Positions 1 through 10,321 of a DNA stretch of 64,000 nt are shown in pieces. The stretch lies in assembly GCF_003018255.1 (NCBI RefSeq), contig NZ_CP027441.1; one strand, given 5' to 3'. A program made the translations under genes and the position numbers. Under the pieces are notes generated by a model, which searched no databases, was not told the origin of the DNA, and saw only the letters and a program-made list of their open reading frames with translations. Source of the stretch: Escherichia coli (GTDB lineage: Bacteria; Pseudomonadota; Gammaproteobacteria; Enterobacterales; Enterobacteriaceae). Every line of letters begins with the position of its first letter. Positions within the stretch are counted from its first letter, which is position 1.

Positions 1-1
1 T

Positions 2-1111
2 GCCTTTGATGCTGAAGGCCTGACCCTTCTGACCCAGGAAACAGAACGTCGTCGCCGCGAACGTAACGAAGTTGAGCAGGATGTTGAAGTGGCCATCAGG
101 GAAAAAAACCGGGATGCACTCTCCCGACGTCTGGAGATTGAACAGCAGGAAGCCTTCATGACTCTGGAGCAACAACAACGGGTAAAAACCCGTACGGCAG
201 AGCAGAGTGCCAGTATTGCTGCTATTGAAGCTGAACGACGTCGTGAAGCAGAATCCGCGAGAATTCTGGCTGAACGTAAGATAGAGGAAGCCGAAATCGA
301 ACGACAGCAGATAGTGCGTACCCGCCAGGTCGAAGCCGAACGGGAAGTGGCCATACGGGAAATTGAGCAACAGCAGGCAACCGAAATCGCCAGCCAGGCC
401 AGAGCCATTGCCGTGGCGGCAAAATCGGAAGAGCAGTCACAGGCAGAAGCCCGGGCAAGTAAAGCACTGGCTGAAGCCGTACAGGCCCAGCAGGATGTGG
501 AAACCACCCGCCAGACTGCGGAGGCCGACCGTACCAAACAGGTTGCCCTGATTGCTGCTGCTCAGGAAGCTGAAACGAAAGCGGTTGAACTGACGGTTCG
601 CGCACAGGCTGAAAAAGAAGCAGCCGAACTCCAGGCAGCAGCAATTATTGAACTGGCGGAGGCCACCCGTCAGAAAGGTCTGGCAGAAGCAGAAGCACAG
701 CGCGCACTGAACGATGCCATTAACGTGCTTTCGGATGAGCAGACCAGCCTCCGCTTCCGTCTTGCCCTGCTGGATGCATTACCTGCTGTCATAGAGAAGT
801 CCACAGAACCAATGAAATCCATTGACGGTATTAAAATCATTCAGGTGGATGGTCTGAATGGCGGTGTTACCCGCGGTAAAACAGCAACAACCGACATAAG
901 TGGCGGAAATCTCGCTGAACAGGCGGTAACCGCCGCTCTGGCTTACCGTACACAGGCTCCGCTCATCGACTCCCTGCTGAAAGAGGTGGGTTTATCCGGT
1001 GAAGGACTTACAGCCCTGACACGTCCACTGGTCATGCCTGCCCCGGAAAAGATTCCGGATGTCAGCGAACCGGTAACCGCTCCGGATAACTCAGAACCAC
1101 AACAGGTTTAA
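2..1111 (+). CDS. flotillin-like SPFH/band-7 family protein, C-terminal part (5' end outside window)
   Basis: Frame open from window start to the stop at 1109-1111; long Ala/Glu/Gln/Arg-rich coiled coil then Gly/Pro-rich tail, as in YqiK-type flotillins; hairpin plus T-run directly downstream. Confidence 0.6.
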   Translation, partial: AFDAEGLTLLTQETERRRRERNEVEQDVEVAIREKNRDALSRRLEIEQQEAFMTLEQQQRVKTRTAEQSASIAAIEAERRREAESARILAERKIEEAEIERQQIVRTRQVEAEREVAIREIEQQQATEIASQARAIAVAAKSEEQSQAEARASKALAEAVQAQQDVETTRQTAEADRTKQVALIAAAQEAETKAVELTVRAQAEKEAAELQAAAIIELAEATRQKGLAEAEAQRALNDAINVLSDEQTSLRFRLALLDALPAVIEKSTEPMKSIDGIKIIQVDGLNGGVTRGKTATTDISGGNLAEQAVTAALAYRTQAPLIDSLLKEVGLSGEGLTALTRPLVMPAPEKIPDVSEPVTAPDNSEPQQV

Positions 1112-1118
1112 TCCCCGT

Positions 1119-1146
1119 GCCGGAATTTTTCCGGCATCTTTTTCAC
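1119..1146 (+). terminator. rho-independent terminator-like hairpin
   Basis: 7-bp perfect stem GCCGGAA/TTCCGGC, 3-nt loop, then CTTTTT, 8 nt after the stop codon. Confidence 0.5.
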
Positions 1147-1191
1147 AAAGAATGCCCTCACGGGATATTCTGGTTTAAAAGAGGATTGAAA

Positions 1192-1434
1192 ATGTCCGCA
1201 GAAAAATTCAGCGTTGTCATATACACCAATACATGTGAAAAGAAAGTCAGTTATATTCCTGCAACAGAAGATATAAACATCGCTATAATGCCATTTCAGA
1301 CGGCAGACAATGGCTTAATTATTGTGTGTCAGAACTCCCGTATAATACGACGCAAAGAGCGTATACCCGGAAGCAGCTGTGAATGGAAAGATGTGACATT
1401 AGCACCAAAATCCAGAAACCGCGTTCAGTTATAG
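1192..1434 (+). CDS. hypothetical small protein (80 aa)
   Basis: ATG preceded by AGAGGA Shine-Dalgarno inside track ORF 1117..1434; no recognisable motif. Confidence 0.35.
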   Translation: MSAEKFSVVIYTNTCEKKVSYIPATEDINIAIMPFQTADNGLIIVCQNSRIIRRKERIPGSSCEWKDVTLAPKSRNRVQL

Positions 1435-1447
1435 CCTGACAGCCTGC

Positions 1448-1477
1448 TTTTTATCCCTCATAAAAGGGGGATAAAAA
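1448..1477. terminator. hairpin TTTTTATCCC / GGGGATAAAAA
   Basis: 10-bp inverted repeat with A/T runs on both sides, immediately after the small ORF. Confidence 0.4.
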
Positions 1478-1889
1478 TTAAATATTTCACAACCGCGATA
1501 TTTTTCAGGAATGCAGATTATTTTATGTTATGACCAACAGAGAAACAGGCATGAGAACAATCACAACGCGTGAATAATTATTAATTAATGGGAGAGTCCA
1601 CGAAAGAATCGCCACACATAGAGTTACAGGAGCTCATGGGTATGAAACGCCTTGCACAAATGGCTATAACGTCAGATACAACAAGGCGCAGCAACTGGTT
1701 GAAAGCTGCGAAAAAATAGCTGAAGGCAAACTACCTGTTACCTGTCCTGTCTGTTTCGCCATATGGCAGGATGTACACAGGTTCACCCACGTTGACTTTG
1801 ACACATAATCGGGGAAAAGTGATTTTATTGATACCTGCCATTCGGAGAACATAACCGGAAATGTTTCAATAACAGGCAAGAAATAAAAT

Positions 1890-1950
1890 AATGCTCCCGT
1901 TCAGAAATGCAATTCACTCTTATAATCCCCCCACGAACATGAACGTTCAT
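1890..1950 (+). promoter_or_regulatory. candidate pil-operon promoter with 12-bp perfect palindrome ATGAACGTTCAT
   Basis: TATAAT at about 1921-1926; palindrome at about 1939-1950, roughly 90 bp upstream of the pilL ATG in a 600-bp AT-rich leader. Confidence 0.3.
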
Positions 1951-2042
1951 TATCAATAACCCGATGAAATGATATTCATCTGAAGGCCAGTTACCCGCCA
2001 CCTGTCTTATACCGTAACCCGTAATATACCGGATTTTATTCT

Positions 2043-3113
2043 ATGCAAAAAAAATCACTTACACTCCTTCTGCCGTCATTACTCAGCGGCTGTACGGCAT
2101 TTAATGCCACGCCTGTTCCTGACACCACACCTCCGGCTCTGGTGTTCGTCGACGGACAAATTCGCGAAAGCGCTGCCATTATCGCCCATACGCAAAAACG
2201 TCTGCTTCCGCCACCGGTGACCCGCCCTGTGACGCCGCCCCGCCCGACAACAACAGCGACGCCCACAACCGCAGTCAGCAGCCAGAGTAACGCACTGCCT
2301 CCCCGCCCGCTCCTTCAGGCCACACAGCTGCCCGCACTGGTTATGACCGGTAAACCCGGTCAGTCATCCGTCGTTTATTTACGTGAGGCACGTCAGCGCT
2401 CCGTCAGTGACTGGATACGCCAGTTGCTGCCACCCGGCTGGCAGTTCCGGCAACAGAACGCAGCCATACCGGCACTGAACAAACGCCTCCCCGTCTGGTC
2501 CGTTAATGACCAGTGGCACCGGGCACTGAATACTCTGCTGACCGGGCAGCAACTGTACGGACATATGGACTGGAACAGGAAAATACTGACTGTCACGACC
2601 ACTGCAGCACCGCCTGTTGACCTCACGGCACCGCAGGGTTCACAGAAAACAGCGGACACACCACGTAATCCGTTCAGGAGCACAACCGGAACGGCTGCAG
2701 ACCAGGCACTGGTACCACCTGCCGTCAGCGCTTCCCGGGTTCAGAGCACAACAGGGACATCCGGTACATCTGCGCCCCGCACAACCACGCCAGCCCCGGT
2801 GGTCACGAAACCAGTAGCACCATCATCACAGAAGGTCACACCGCCACGGCAGTGGAAAATGGAAAAAGGGACCACGCTGAAGGACGGACTGGCCCGCTGG
2901 ACGTCGTCCGAAAAATGCCCCCACGGCACCTGGACGCTGCGCTGGGAAACACCCGTTAACTACAGTATCGATGCCCCTCTGGTTTTCACCGGCAGTTTCC
3001 GCCAGGCGCTGGAACAGCTCTTCGCACTCTACACCCCGGTGGAAAAACCGCTGTATGCCCGGACCAGCACTGCACAATGTCTGCTGCGGGTGACAGATCG
3101 TCCACAGGAATAA
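2043..3113 (+). CDS. pilL: thin-pilus lipoprotein PilL
   Basis: 356 aa; lipoprotein signal with lipobox LSGC; Pro/Thr-rich linker; first gene of an 11-gene block whose order and sizes match R64 pilL-pilV as recalled. Confidence 0.75.
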   Translation: MQKKSLTLLLPSLLSGCTAFNATPVPDTTPPALVFVDGQIRESAAIIAHTQKRLLPPPVTRPVTPPRPTTTATPTTAVSSQSNALPPRPLLQATQLPALVMTGKPGQSSVVYLREARQRSVSDWIRQLLPPGWQFRQQNAAIPALNKRLPVWSVNDQWHRALNTLLTGQQLYGHMDWNRKILTVTTTAAPPVDLTAPQGSQKTADTPRNPFRSTTGTAADQALVPPAVSASRVQSTTGTSGTSAPRTTTPAPVVTKPVAPSSQKVTPPRQWKMEKGTTLKDGLARWTSSEKCPHGTWTLRWETPVNYSIDAPLVFTGSFRQALEQLFALYTPVEKPLYARTSTAQCLLRVTDRPQE

Positions 3114-3117
3114 CCTT

Positions 3118-3555
3118 ATGGGCTGGTTCATCGTGTTCATCATGGTCATCACGACCACAGGCAATTTCTGGTTCACCAGTCAGCTCTCCCGCAGCGAACA
3201 CCGTCATCAGGCCGCAGAAAACACACAACAGGCAGCAACGTTCATTCGTTATATGAACGCCATCAATGATTACCTGCATCAGCATCCGGAACGACGGACA
3301 GCCGGAGGGCGGCTGACATCCGCTCAGCTCGGGATTCCCGGGACGGATACCGTCAGTCATATCATCAGCCAGCAACGTGTTTTTGTCTGGGCTACAGAAA
3401 CCCCGGGCCTGATGGCCGCGCTCAGGGAACAGAGTAATGACTCTGCTCTGCTCGGCAGGGTGGAAAACGGCCGACTGCTGGACACTGCCGGCAGAGCGCT
3501 TTCCATCACACTTCCGTCAGTGATCCCCGATCACGTCATCCTCTGGATGAATTAG
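3118..3555 (+). CDS. pilM: thin-pilus assembly protein PilM
   Basis: 145 aa, N-terminal hydrophobic segment; position and size. Confidence 0.65.
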   Translation: MGWFIVFIMVITTTGNFWFTSQLSRSEHRHQAAENTQQAATFIRYMNAINDYLHQHPERRTAGGRLTSAQLGIPGTDTVSHIISQQRVFVWATETPGLMAALREQSNDSALLGRVENGRLLDTAGRALSITLPSVIPDHVILWMN

Positions 3556-3585
3556 TCACGAATCTGAATAAATCACGGATCTCCC

Positions 3586-5205
3586 ATGAATAAAAAAATT
3601 CTTGCCATTATGATTGCCGCCGCTCTGTTACAGGGCTGTGCCAGTTACAGACAGCTTGAGAGCACAAGAAAGGAAGCCGTTGCGGAACAACAACGGGCAC
3701 GGGAAATGATGTCTGATCTGCGAACCCGGACGCCGGTTGTTAAGGAATCCTCACGACAATGGATCAATCCCCGTCCGGTCATGGATAAAAACACCGGCAA
3801 AACCGTTCCCGGTTGTCCCATTGTCATTCATACCCGTCAGAGCATCACCCTTCAGCAGGTGGTTCAGCGGATCACGGAAAGCTGCCATATTCCGGTACGG
3901 ATCACACCTGATGTACTGGCATACCTGAATACATCCACAACCGGCAGCACACAACAAATCCAGGGCGCGTTACCCCCACCGGATGCGAGCGGCATGGTTC
4001 CCCTTGCCGCCATTGGCGCATCCGACACGCCACCATCCCGTTTGCCGGGAAATACCGCAGCACTGTCTGAACTGAATGCCTCCGGCCTGACGACCCTGCT
4101 GAATGCGGTCTCCTCCCGTCTCGGTATATCCTGGCGCTATGACGGCTCGCATATCATCTTCTATTATCTCGAGACACAGACCTTCCCCATCACCTATATG
4201 GACAGTCAGGTGGCCTATAACGCCACTGTGGTCAGCGGCACCATGTCCTCAAACGGCTCATCAGGAGGCAGTGCATCAAATGCCATTTCCGGTGATGCCA
4301 GCAATACCCAGACCACCTCCGTGGATATGAAGTCTGCGCTGTATCAGGATGTGAAAAATGCGGTCACATCAATGCTGACCCCGGGTATCGGACGCATGTT
4401 CATGTCCACGGGCTTTATCACCGTCACAGATAATCCACAGGTTCTGGAAACGGTCCGGGCATTCATTGAAAAACGCAATGAAGAGATGAAACGTCAGGTG
4501 GTGCTGAATGTGGAAATTCTGAGTATCCGGAAAACCCGCAATGAGCAGGCCGGTATCGACTGGAACGCAGTCTTCAGCGACAGAACGCTGGGACTGAGTC
4601 TCGGCAGCACATTCACCAGTGCAGCCAGTGATGCCATCACAGGTGGTGTTTCCATTGTGGACGGTAAACTCACCGGTTCAAAAGCCTTCCTGAAAGCATT
4701 GTCTTCCCAGGGGGATGTCAGTGTGGTGACCCAGAACTCTGCCGTCACCAAAAACCTGACGCCGGTGCCAATGCAGATCGCCAATCAGCAAAGTTACATC
4801 GAGAGTGTGACGACGGATACCACAGCCAATGTCGGCTCATCCACCTCCCTGAATGCGGCCACCATCACCACCGGTTTTAACATGACCCTTCTGCCGTTCA
4901 TTCTCCCGGACTCACAGACACTGCAGTTGCTCTATTCCATGAGTCTCTCCGACAAACCGGTTATTGAGAATTATGAGAGCGGTGGAAGTAAAGCCCAGCT
5001 GCCGAATGTGGATCTGAAAACCATCAATCAGACCGTGGATCTGAAATCCGGGCAGACGGTCATTATCAGTGGCTTCCAGCAGTCAGGACGTCGCAGCGGA
5101 AAACAGGGGGTAGGCACGCCGGGATTCTTCGGTCTTGGCGGTGGGATCAACAGTGAAAACGACGACACCATTCTCGTGGTGCTGATCACGCCCAATATCA
5201 TCTGA
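3586..5205 (+). CDS. pilN: secretin-family outer-membrane lipoprotein PilN
   Basis: 539 aa; lipobox LQGC; Ser/Thr/Gly-rich beta-domain typical of secretins; position. Confidence 0.8.
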   Translation: MNKKILAIMIAAALLQGCASYRQLESTRKEAVAEQQRAREMMSDLRTRTPVVKESSRQWINPRPVMDKNTGKTVPGCPIVIHTRQSITLQQVVQRITESCHIPVRITPDVLAYLNTSTTGSTQQIQGALPPPDASGMVPLAAIGASDTPPSRLPGNTAALSELNASGLTTLLNAVSSRLGISWRYDGSHIIFYYLETQTFPITYMDSQVAYNATVVSGTMSSNGSSGGSASNAISGDASNTQTTSVDMKSALYQDVKNAVTSMLTPGIGRMFMSTGFITVTDNPQVLETVRAFIEKRNEEMKRQVVLNVEILSIRKTRNEQAGIDWNAVFSDRTLGLSLGSTFTSAASDAITGGVSIVDGKLTGSKAFLKALSSQGDVSVVTQNSAVTKNLTPVPMQIANQQSYIESVTTDTTANVGSSTSLNAATITTGFNMTLLPFILPDSQTLQLLYSMSLSDKPVIENYESGGSKAQLPNVDLKTINQTVDLKSGQTVIISGFQQSGRRSGKQGVGTPGFFGLGGGINSENDDTILVVLITPNII

Positions 5206-5225
5206 TTTGCACAAGGAGGACGATC

Positions 5226-6521
5226 GTGACGGATATTTCACCGACAGGGCGGCAGGTGTTTCCGCTGACGGCAGGGCGCAATGTGTTTCTGGCCGGTCTG
5301 GAATGGAAAACACTGCCCTCACAGTACCGGCATGCCCGCGACTTTGCCCGGGCACAGAAAGCCGACCTTTTCCTAGCCTGTCAGTATCTCAGTAATGAAG
5401 ATGCCGATACCCACACCATGGTAGCCACTGTCAGTCGCCGCATACTGCCCGGAAAACCCCGTCAGTGCTTCTCCCTCGCCCTGCTGATCCTGCCACTACT
5501 TGAACATGGCGGCTATGCCATCACGGAACTGACGTTACCCGGAGAAACACCGCGCTATAGCTTTGTTTCCGTTGTCGACGGTGTTCTCGTCAGTGACCTG
5601 GTGGGAAGCGGGGAAGAGGTTCGGGAAGCCCGGGATACCTTTCTTTCTATCAACACCGAACCGACTCAGGGCTGGATACACTATGAACCAGCGGCATTTT
5701 CAGCAGGCGCTCAGAATCAGCACCTGCCGCTGGCCTCCCTGACTGGCTCTGGTAAACATCCGGCTGCCGCACGCCTGAATCCGGTATCCCGGGGACCGCA
5801 GTTCATCACTGTCTCTCTGATCATCGCCCTTCTCGGCACTGCATGGTACGGCTGGCAGTATTATGAACGCTGGCAGACAGAAAAAGCCGCGCAGGCAGCG
5901 GTTGCCCGACAGGCCACAGAGGAACGAATCACTCCCCCCTGGCCCGGACTCCCTGAAACAGACGCGTTCATCCGGGGATGTGCTGATATATGGACTTCAC
6001 TGCCACTGTCTGCTGCCGGATGGCGTTATTCGCTGGCAGAATGCTCGACTGACGGTGGCAGCGGCAATCTTCGCGCATCGTACACCAATACTGCGGGCGC
6101 GACAGTGACTGACTTCATCCGGCGCATCAGTGATATGACAGACAGCCGACCGTTTATTGTGATGCCGGAAGGAAAGACCGGCGGCATTGGCCTGCCGGTC
6201 ACCTTCCGGCTGTCTGAAAACGCCGTCACAGTTGATGCACTACCGGAAACCGCTGTCCTGCAGGAACGACTGACCTCGCTGGCTCAGTCAATGCAACTGA
6301 AACTGGACTGGCAGGAAGTTAATAACAGCATCACTGATGAGAACGGACAGATCATTCAGCCCCCATGGAAAGAGTATGACCTTCAGATACAGACCACACT
6401 CCCTGCACACCATCTGGCTGAACGCCTGAAAGAGCCTTCTGTCCGTTTTATCTCTGTCACACGGCAACTGGAGAACGGTCGTTTCCACTATCAATTTACA
6501 GGTAAATATTATGCCCGATAA
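5226..6521 (+). CDS. pilO: thin-pilus assembly protein PilO
   Basis: 431 aa; GTG start 5 nt after AAGGAGGA; single internal transmembrane helix; position. Confidence 0.7.
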   Translation: MTDISPTGRQVFPLTAGRNVFLAGLEWKTLPSQYRHARDFARAQKADLFLACQYLSNEDADTHTMVATVSRRILPGKPRQCFSLALLILPLLEHGGYAITELTLPGETPRYSFVSVVDGVLVSDLVGSGEEVREARDTFLSINTEPTQGWIHYEPAAFSAGAQNQHLPLASLTGSGKHPAAARLNPVSRGPQFITVSLIIALLGTAWYGWQYYERWQTEKAAQAAVARQATEERITPPWPGLPETDAFIRGCADIWTSLPLSAAGWRYSLAECSTDGGSGNLRASYTNTAGATVTDFIRRISDMTDSRPFIVMPEGKTGGIGLPVTFRLSENAVTVDALPETAVLQERLTSLAQSMQLKLDWQEVNNSITDENGQIIQPPWKEYDLQIQTTLPAHHLAERLKEPSVRFISVTRQLENGRFHYQFTGKYYAR

Positions 6522-6963
6522 AGCCAAAACCCTTCTGTTTTCAGTCCTGCTGTTACCGGCCACGGCAATGGCCACAACCGGAAATGCAGAGCAACAGAAC
6601 ACACAGCAAATAAGGATTGAACAGATACAGGAAGAGACAGCCCTGTATGAAGCCATGCTGGCAAGAGAGAAGATCCGCCATGAACTGCGAACACTGGAGC
6701 AGGGGGGGCCCGCAGAGGCCGGACGTCAGCAGGAAAGCATTTCCGCAGTCACAACAAATACACAGGCATCACTATCCCCCCGCCTGACAGCAATATTCGG
6801 TGTTCATCCTCAGCTGACTGCCCGGATAGAACTTCCGGGGGGAAGCATCTCCGATGTGAAGGCGGGCCAGAACATCCCCGGAACCACTTATCACGTGGAA
6901 AAAATCACGCCGGACAGTGTGGTGCTGGAACAGTCTGGCACCAGAAAAACCCTGCGACCATGA
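6511..6963 (+). CDS. pilP: thin-pilus periplasmic protein PilP
   Basis: 150 aa with signal peptide; start overlaps pilO end; position. Confidence 0.65.
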   Translation: MPDKAKTLLFSVLLLPATAMATTGNAEQQNTQQIRIEQIQEETALYEAMLAREKIRHELRTLEQGGPAEAGRQQESISAVTTNTQASLSPRLTAIFGVHPQLTARIELPGGSISDVKAGQNIPGTTYHVEKITPDSVVLEQSGTRKTLRP

Positions 6964-7047
6964 GACCGGCCGCCGTAACTGGCGGCTGTCAAAAATAAAA
7001 GGATGAAAGACATATTTTCCGGGCACCGCTGCCCGTAAGGAGGCTTT

Positions 7048-8556
7048 ATGCTGGATCCAGCAGACCTGCCGCCGGATGACATTCTGGATTATGTGGCCAT
7101 CGACACCGATAACGCCGGACAACTGCGGATCAGGGTTGTTGAGGGAAAAAAACATCTGCGTGCCGTCCAGGAATATCTGACCCGCCTGCGCGCACGCTAT
7201 CAGGGACGAGTCGGAGACTTTGAATTCACCACACTGGATGTGATAGCCCGGATCCGGGAAGCAACAACAATCGCCGGACAGGAAAACGGCATGAATCCTG
7301 TGCAGAATAAAATGCTCGGGTATATCCGACATGCCGCCACCCTTAATGCCTCCGATCTTCATATCACTCCGGGCCGGGACAACACAGACTTCACCTATGT
7401 GGAGGCCCGTGTACATGGGGAACTGGAAATCCTCGACATTATCCGGAAAGATGAGGGAGTGGAGCTTCTGGGGGCCACCTACTCCGGGATGACTGATGTC
7501 ATCAAGGGAACACAATTTGATCCTGGTGTTCCCCAGGACGCCCGACTGGCGGAAAAGTTTCTGAAACTTGCGGGGTTGTTTGGCGCACGTTACTCCCATT
7601 ATCCCTGCGTGGGGGGCCTTTATGCTGTTCTGAGGCTGATCAAGGACGACAGCAGCCATATTCCGACCTTCGGTATGCTGGGCTATCATCCAAAGCAGGA
7701 GCAGACCATCCGCCGTATTCTGCAACGACCGGAAGGTATCATCACCCTGTCAGGGCCGACCGGCTCCGGAAAATCCACCACGCTGAGGACGGCGTCTGCG
7801 GCCTATCTTGAACAGCACGGATTCAACAACACCGGTGGTATTCTTTTGCCCCGTCGTCGTCTCTTCACCATTGAATCACCGCCGGAAGGACGTATTCCCG
7901 GCGCAATCCAGACCGCCGTCATGGACAGTGCTCAGGGCTGGGTGGATTCCATAAAATCAGCCCTGCGGCTTGATCCTGACGGCATTCTGAACGGTGAAAT
8001 CCGCGATCACGATTCCGCCATTACGGCAATAAAAGCCGCCATGACAGGCCATCTGATGCTGACCACCATCCATGCGAACGACCCGATTAACATCCTCGAA
8101 CGCCTTGAGATGGAAGGTGTTCAGGCCAAGATGATTGCAGACCCGCAGTTGTTCATCGGACTGCTCAGTCAGCGTCTGGTTCAGCTGATATGTCCCCACT
8201 GCCGTCATCCATGGAATGACGTGGCATCCCGTCGTACTGAGGATGAACGACGTCTGGTGGAAACCTTCTGTAATGCTGATGCGGTATATCTGAGAAACCA
8301 TGACGGCTGCCCACACTGCTGGCGTGGTGTCACAGGGCGCACAGTGATTGCCGAAGTCATCTCTCCTGACGCCAGATTTTTTCAGTTATACCGGGAAAAA
8401 GGCCGTATCGAAGCCAAAACCTACTGGCACAGGGAACTGGGCGGGATGACGCGTAATCAGCATCTGCTGGGAAAAATCAACAGCGGACTGGTTGACCCTC
8501 TGGCGGCCCATTACATCTCTCCCATTGATGAGGACAGCTATACGCTGCTGCGCTGA
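7048..8556 (+). CDS. pilQ: type IV pilus assembly ATPase PilQ (GspE/PilB family)
   Basis: 502 aa; Walker A GPTGSGKST; tetracysteine CPHCRH...CPHCW motif typical of secretion ATPases. Confidence 0.85.
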   Translation: MLDPADLPPDDILDYVAIDTDNAGQLRIRVVEGKKHLRAVQEYLTRLRARYQGRVGDFEFTTLDVIARIREATTIAGQENGMNPVQNKMLGYIRHAATLNASDLHITPGRDNTDFTYVEARVHGELEILDIIRKDEGVELLGATYSGMTDVIKGTQFDPGVPQDARLAEKFLKLAGLFGARYSHYPCVGGLYAVLRLIKDDSSHIPTFGMLGYHPKQEQTIRRILQRPEGIITLSGPTGSGKSTTLRTASAAYLEQHGFNNTGGILLPRRRLFTIESPPEGRIPGAIQTAVMDSAQGWVDSIKSALRLDPDGILNGEIRDHDSAITAIKAAMTGHLMLTTIHANDPINILERLEMEGVQAKMIADPQLFIGLLSQRLVQLICPHCRHPWNDVASRRTEDERRLVETFCNADAVYLRNHDGCPHCWRGVTGRTVIAEVISPDARFFQLYREKGRIEAKTYWHRELGGMTRNQHLLGKINSGLVDPLAAHYISPIDEDSYTLLR

Positions 8557-8557
8557 T

Positions 8558-9658
8558 ATGAAATTTCTGGAAAAACTCAACAGTACTGAACTGGATCTGT
8601 CTGCCCTGAACAGCTGGACAGCCAGAAAAACCTTCGGTCTTAAGCGTGCTGAGTTCTATGAGTCCCTCGGCGGAATGATACGTGACGGAACGCCGTCACT
8701 GCGCGCCCTGGAGTTTATCTGTAATGTCGAAACTGACTTTGGCACCCGGAAAGGAACATCCGGCATGTACTTTCTGGCCAGAGAATGTATTGCCTCCCTG
8801 AAAGCCAGCGGTATGCTGTCGGGGGCCCTGCCTACATGGGTTCCCCCGGAAGAAGCAGCACTGATCAGGAACGGTGAAGAACGCGGGAACATCGCCGAAG
8901 CCCTGTTCCAGGTCGCAAAAACCGTGAAAGCACGGCGGGAAATGGTGAGCAGTCTCATCACACTCTGTCTTTATCCCCTTCTGCTGCTTTCACTATGTGT
9001 GGTGAATATGTACAACGCACATACCCGCATCATCCCCATTGTCAGCGCTTTTGCACCGGAGGAGAAATGGTCATTCCAGATGAAAGTCCTTGCAGCCATG
9101 TCAGAGCTTGTCATCGGCTATGGTCTGTGGCTCAGTGGTGCCATCATCACGCTTGTCATCATCATCCGCTTCTCACTCAGTCGCTATACCGGCCCGGGAC
9201 GCAGGCTTCTTGACAAACTGCCACCATGGTCGCTCTATCAGACTTTTCATGGTGTGAATTATCTGTTCAGCATATCGTCAATGCTGCAGATAAATATTCC
9301 GCTTTCACAGGCGCTGCTCAGAACTGAGAAAAGTGCGGAGCATAATAAATGGTTAAAGGAGAGAATTCAGGCAATAAGAAAAAATGTATTATCCGGTCAG
9401 AGTCTGGCCACCGCCATGCGCAATTCTGACTATGATTTTCCTTCAAAAATATGCATCAATAAACTTCTCTTAAATTCTGAAAGGGAAGACAGCGTATCTG
9501 CAATGAATACCTATGCCGGACAGTGGCTGGAAGATGCAAAAAAGAGCGTCAGAAAAAGTGGATTAATTATCACCGGTATTTCAGGAGGTTTTGTATTCTT
9601 TTTTATTCTTAACATGATTAGCGCGATATACAGTATCAGCGATATGCTCAACCAATAA
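8558..9658 (+). CDS. pilR: polytopic inner-membrane platform protein PilR (GspF/PilC-like)
   Basis: 366 aa from the ATG (MKFLEKL) 1 nt after the pilQ stop; several hydrophobic segments; track ORF extends upstream in frame without a plausible start. Confidence 0.75.
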   Translation: MKFLEKLNSTELDLSALNSWTARKTFGLKRAEFYESLGGMIRDGTPSLRALEFICNVETDFGTRKGTSGMYFLARECIASLKASGMLSGALPTWVPPEEAALIRNGEERGNIAEALFQVAKTVKARREMVSSLITLCLYPLLLLSLCVVNMYNAHTRIIPIVSAFAPEEKWSFQMKVLAAMSELVIGYGLWLSGAIITLVIIIRFSLSRYTGPGRRLLDKLPPWSLYQTFHGVNYLFSISSMLQINIPLSQALLRTEKSAEHNKWLKERIQAIRKNVLSGQSLATAMRNSDYDFPSKICINKLLLNSEREDSVSAMNTYAGQWLEDAKKSVRKSGLIITGISGGFVFFFILNMISAIYSISDMLNQ

Positions 9659-9731
9659 TATCTGCCGTAACACTAAAACGCCCTTCAATATACTTTCATT
9701 AACGTAATAACCATTAATACAGGAGTCATAT

Positions 9732-10268
9732 ATGAACTTCAGAGCACGTCTGTCTTCTTATTTTTCTTTAAAAAAAGATAAAGAAGATGATAAAGGTTTA
9801 ACATTATTAGAAATTGCCGGCGCAATGATTATCATCGCAATAGTTGTCGCGCTCGCGATGAGCCAGATGTCCAGCACAATGGCCTCCAGTGACAACCAGC
9901 GCGAACTGAAAAACCTGCAGACAATTGCAACCAAAATGAAGCAATACAAGTTCCAGGGAAGATATACCGGAACGGATTATATCAAAACCCTGACGGAAAG
10001 CGGTGCATTGCCTGCTGATATGATTGCAGGAGGCAACAAAGCCAAAAACGCATGGGGTGGTGATGTCACGATTGCTGCCACAGCAGACAAATATGGCTAC
10101 ATTATCACCAGTAATAATGTTCCTAAAACAAACTGTGTTGAGCTGATTAACAGCCTGCGCAGTTCGTCCATATTTACCAAAATTATGAACACAGCCCCGA
10201 ACACGGTGGATCCCGTTACCGTCTGCAGTAGCGATAAAAACAATATCAAGCTGGAAACCAACAGCTAA
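9732..10268 (+). CDS. pilS: type IVb prepilin PilS (major thin-pilus subunit)
   Basis: 178 aa; long basic leader then GLTLLEIAGAMIIIAIVVALA pilin N-terminal helix. Confidence 0.85.
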   Translation: MNFRARLSSYFSLKKDKEDDKGLTLLEIAGAMIIIAIVVALAMSQMSSTMASSDNQRELKNLQTIATKMKQYKFQGRYTGTDYIKTLTESGALPADMIAGGNKAKNAWGGDVTIAATADKYGYIITSNNVPKTNCVELINSLRSSSIFTKIMNTAPNTVDPVTVCSSDKNNIKLETNS

Positions 10269-10321
10269 TGCCCTGCCACACAGCACTCCCTCCGGGGTGC
10301 TGTTTCCCGGAGCACATAATC

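Noticed and set aside
222-644. Track ORFs 222..644 (-) and 363..551 (+) inside the flotillin-like gene
   Set aside because: Overlap a coherent coiled-coil coding frame; Pro/Arg-rich translations typical of out-of-frame GC-rich DNA.
1664-1879. 71-aa reverse ORF in the pil leader
   Set aside because: AT-rich leader region, no ribosome-binding site, Cys-rich implausible product; likely promoter/leader DNA.
6772-7725. 317-aa reverse-strand ORF opposite pilQ
   Set aside because: Lies entirely antisense to a motif-supported ATPase gene in GC-rich DNA; has no ribosome-binding site context or recognisable motif. The same applies to the other long antisense ORFs at 15227..16069, 23189..23764, 29186..29866, 35317..35904, 35849..36442 and 49297..49830.
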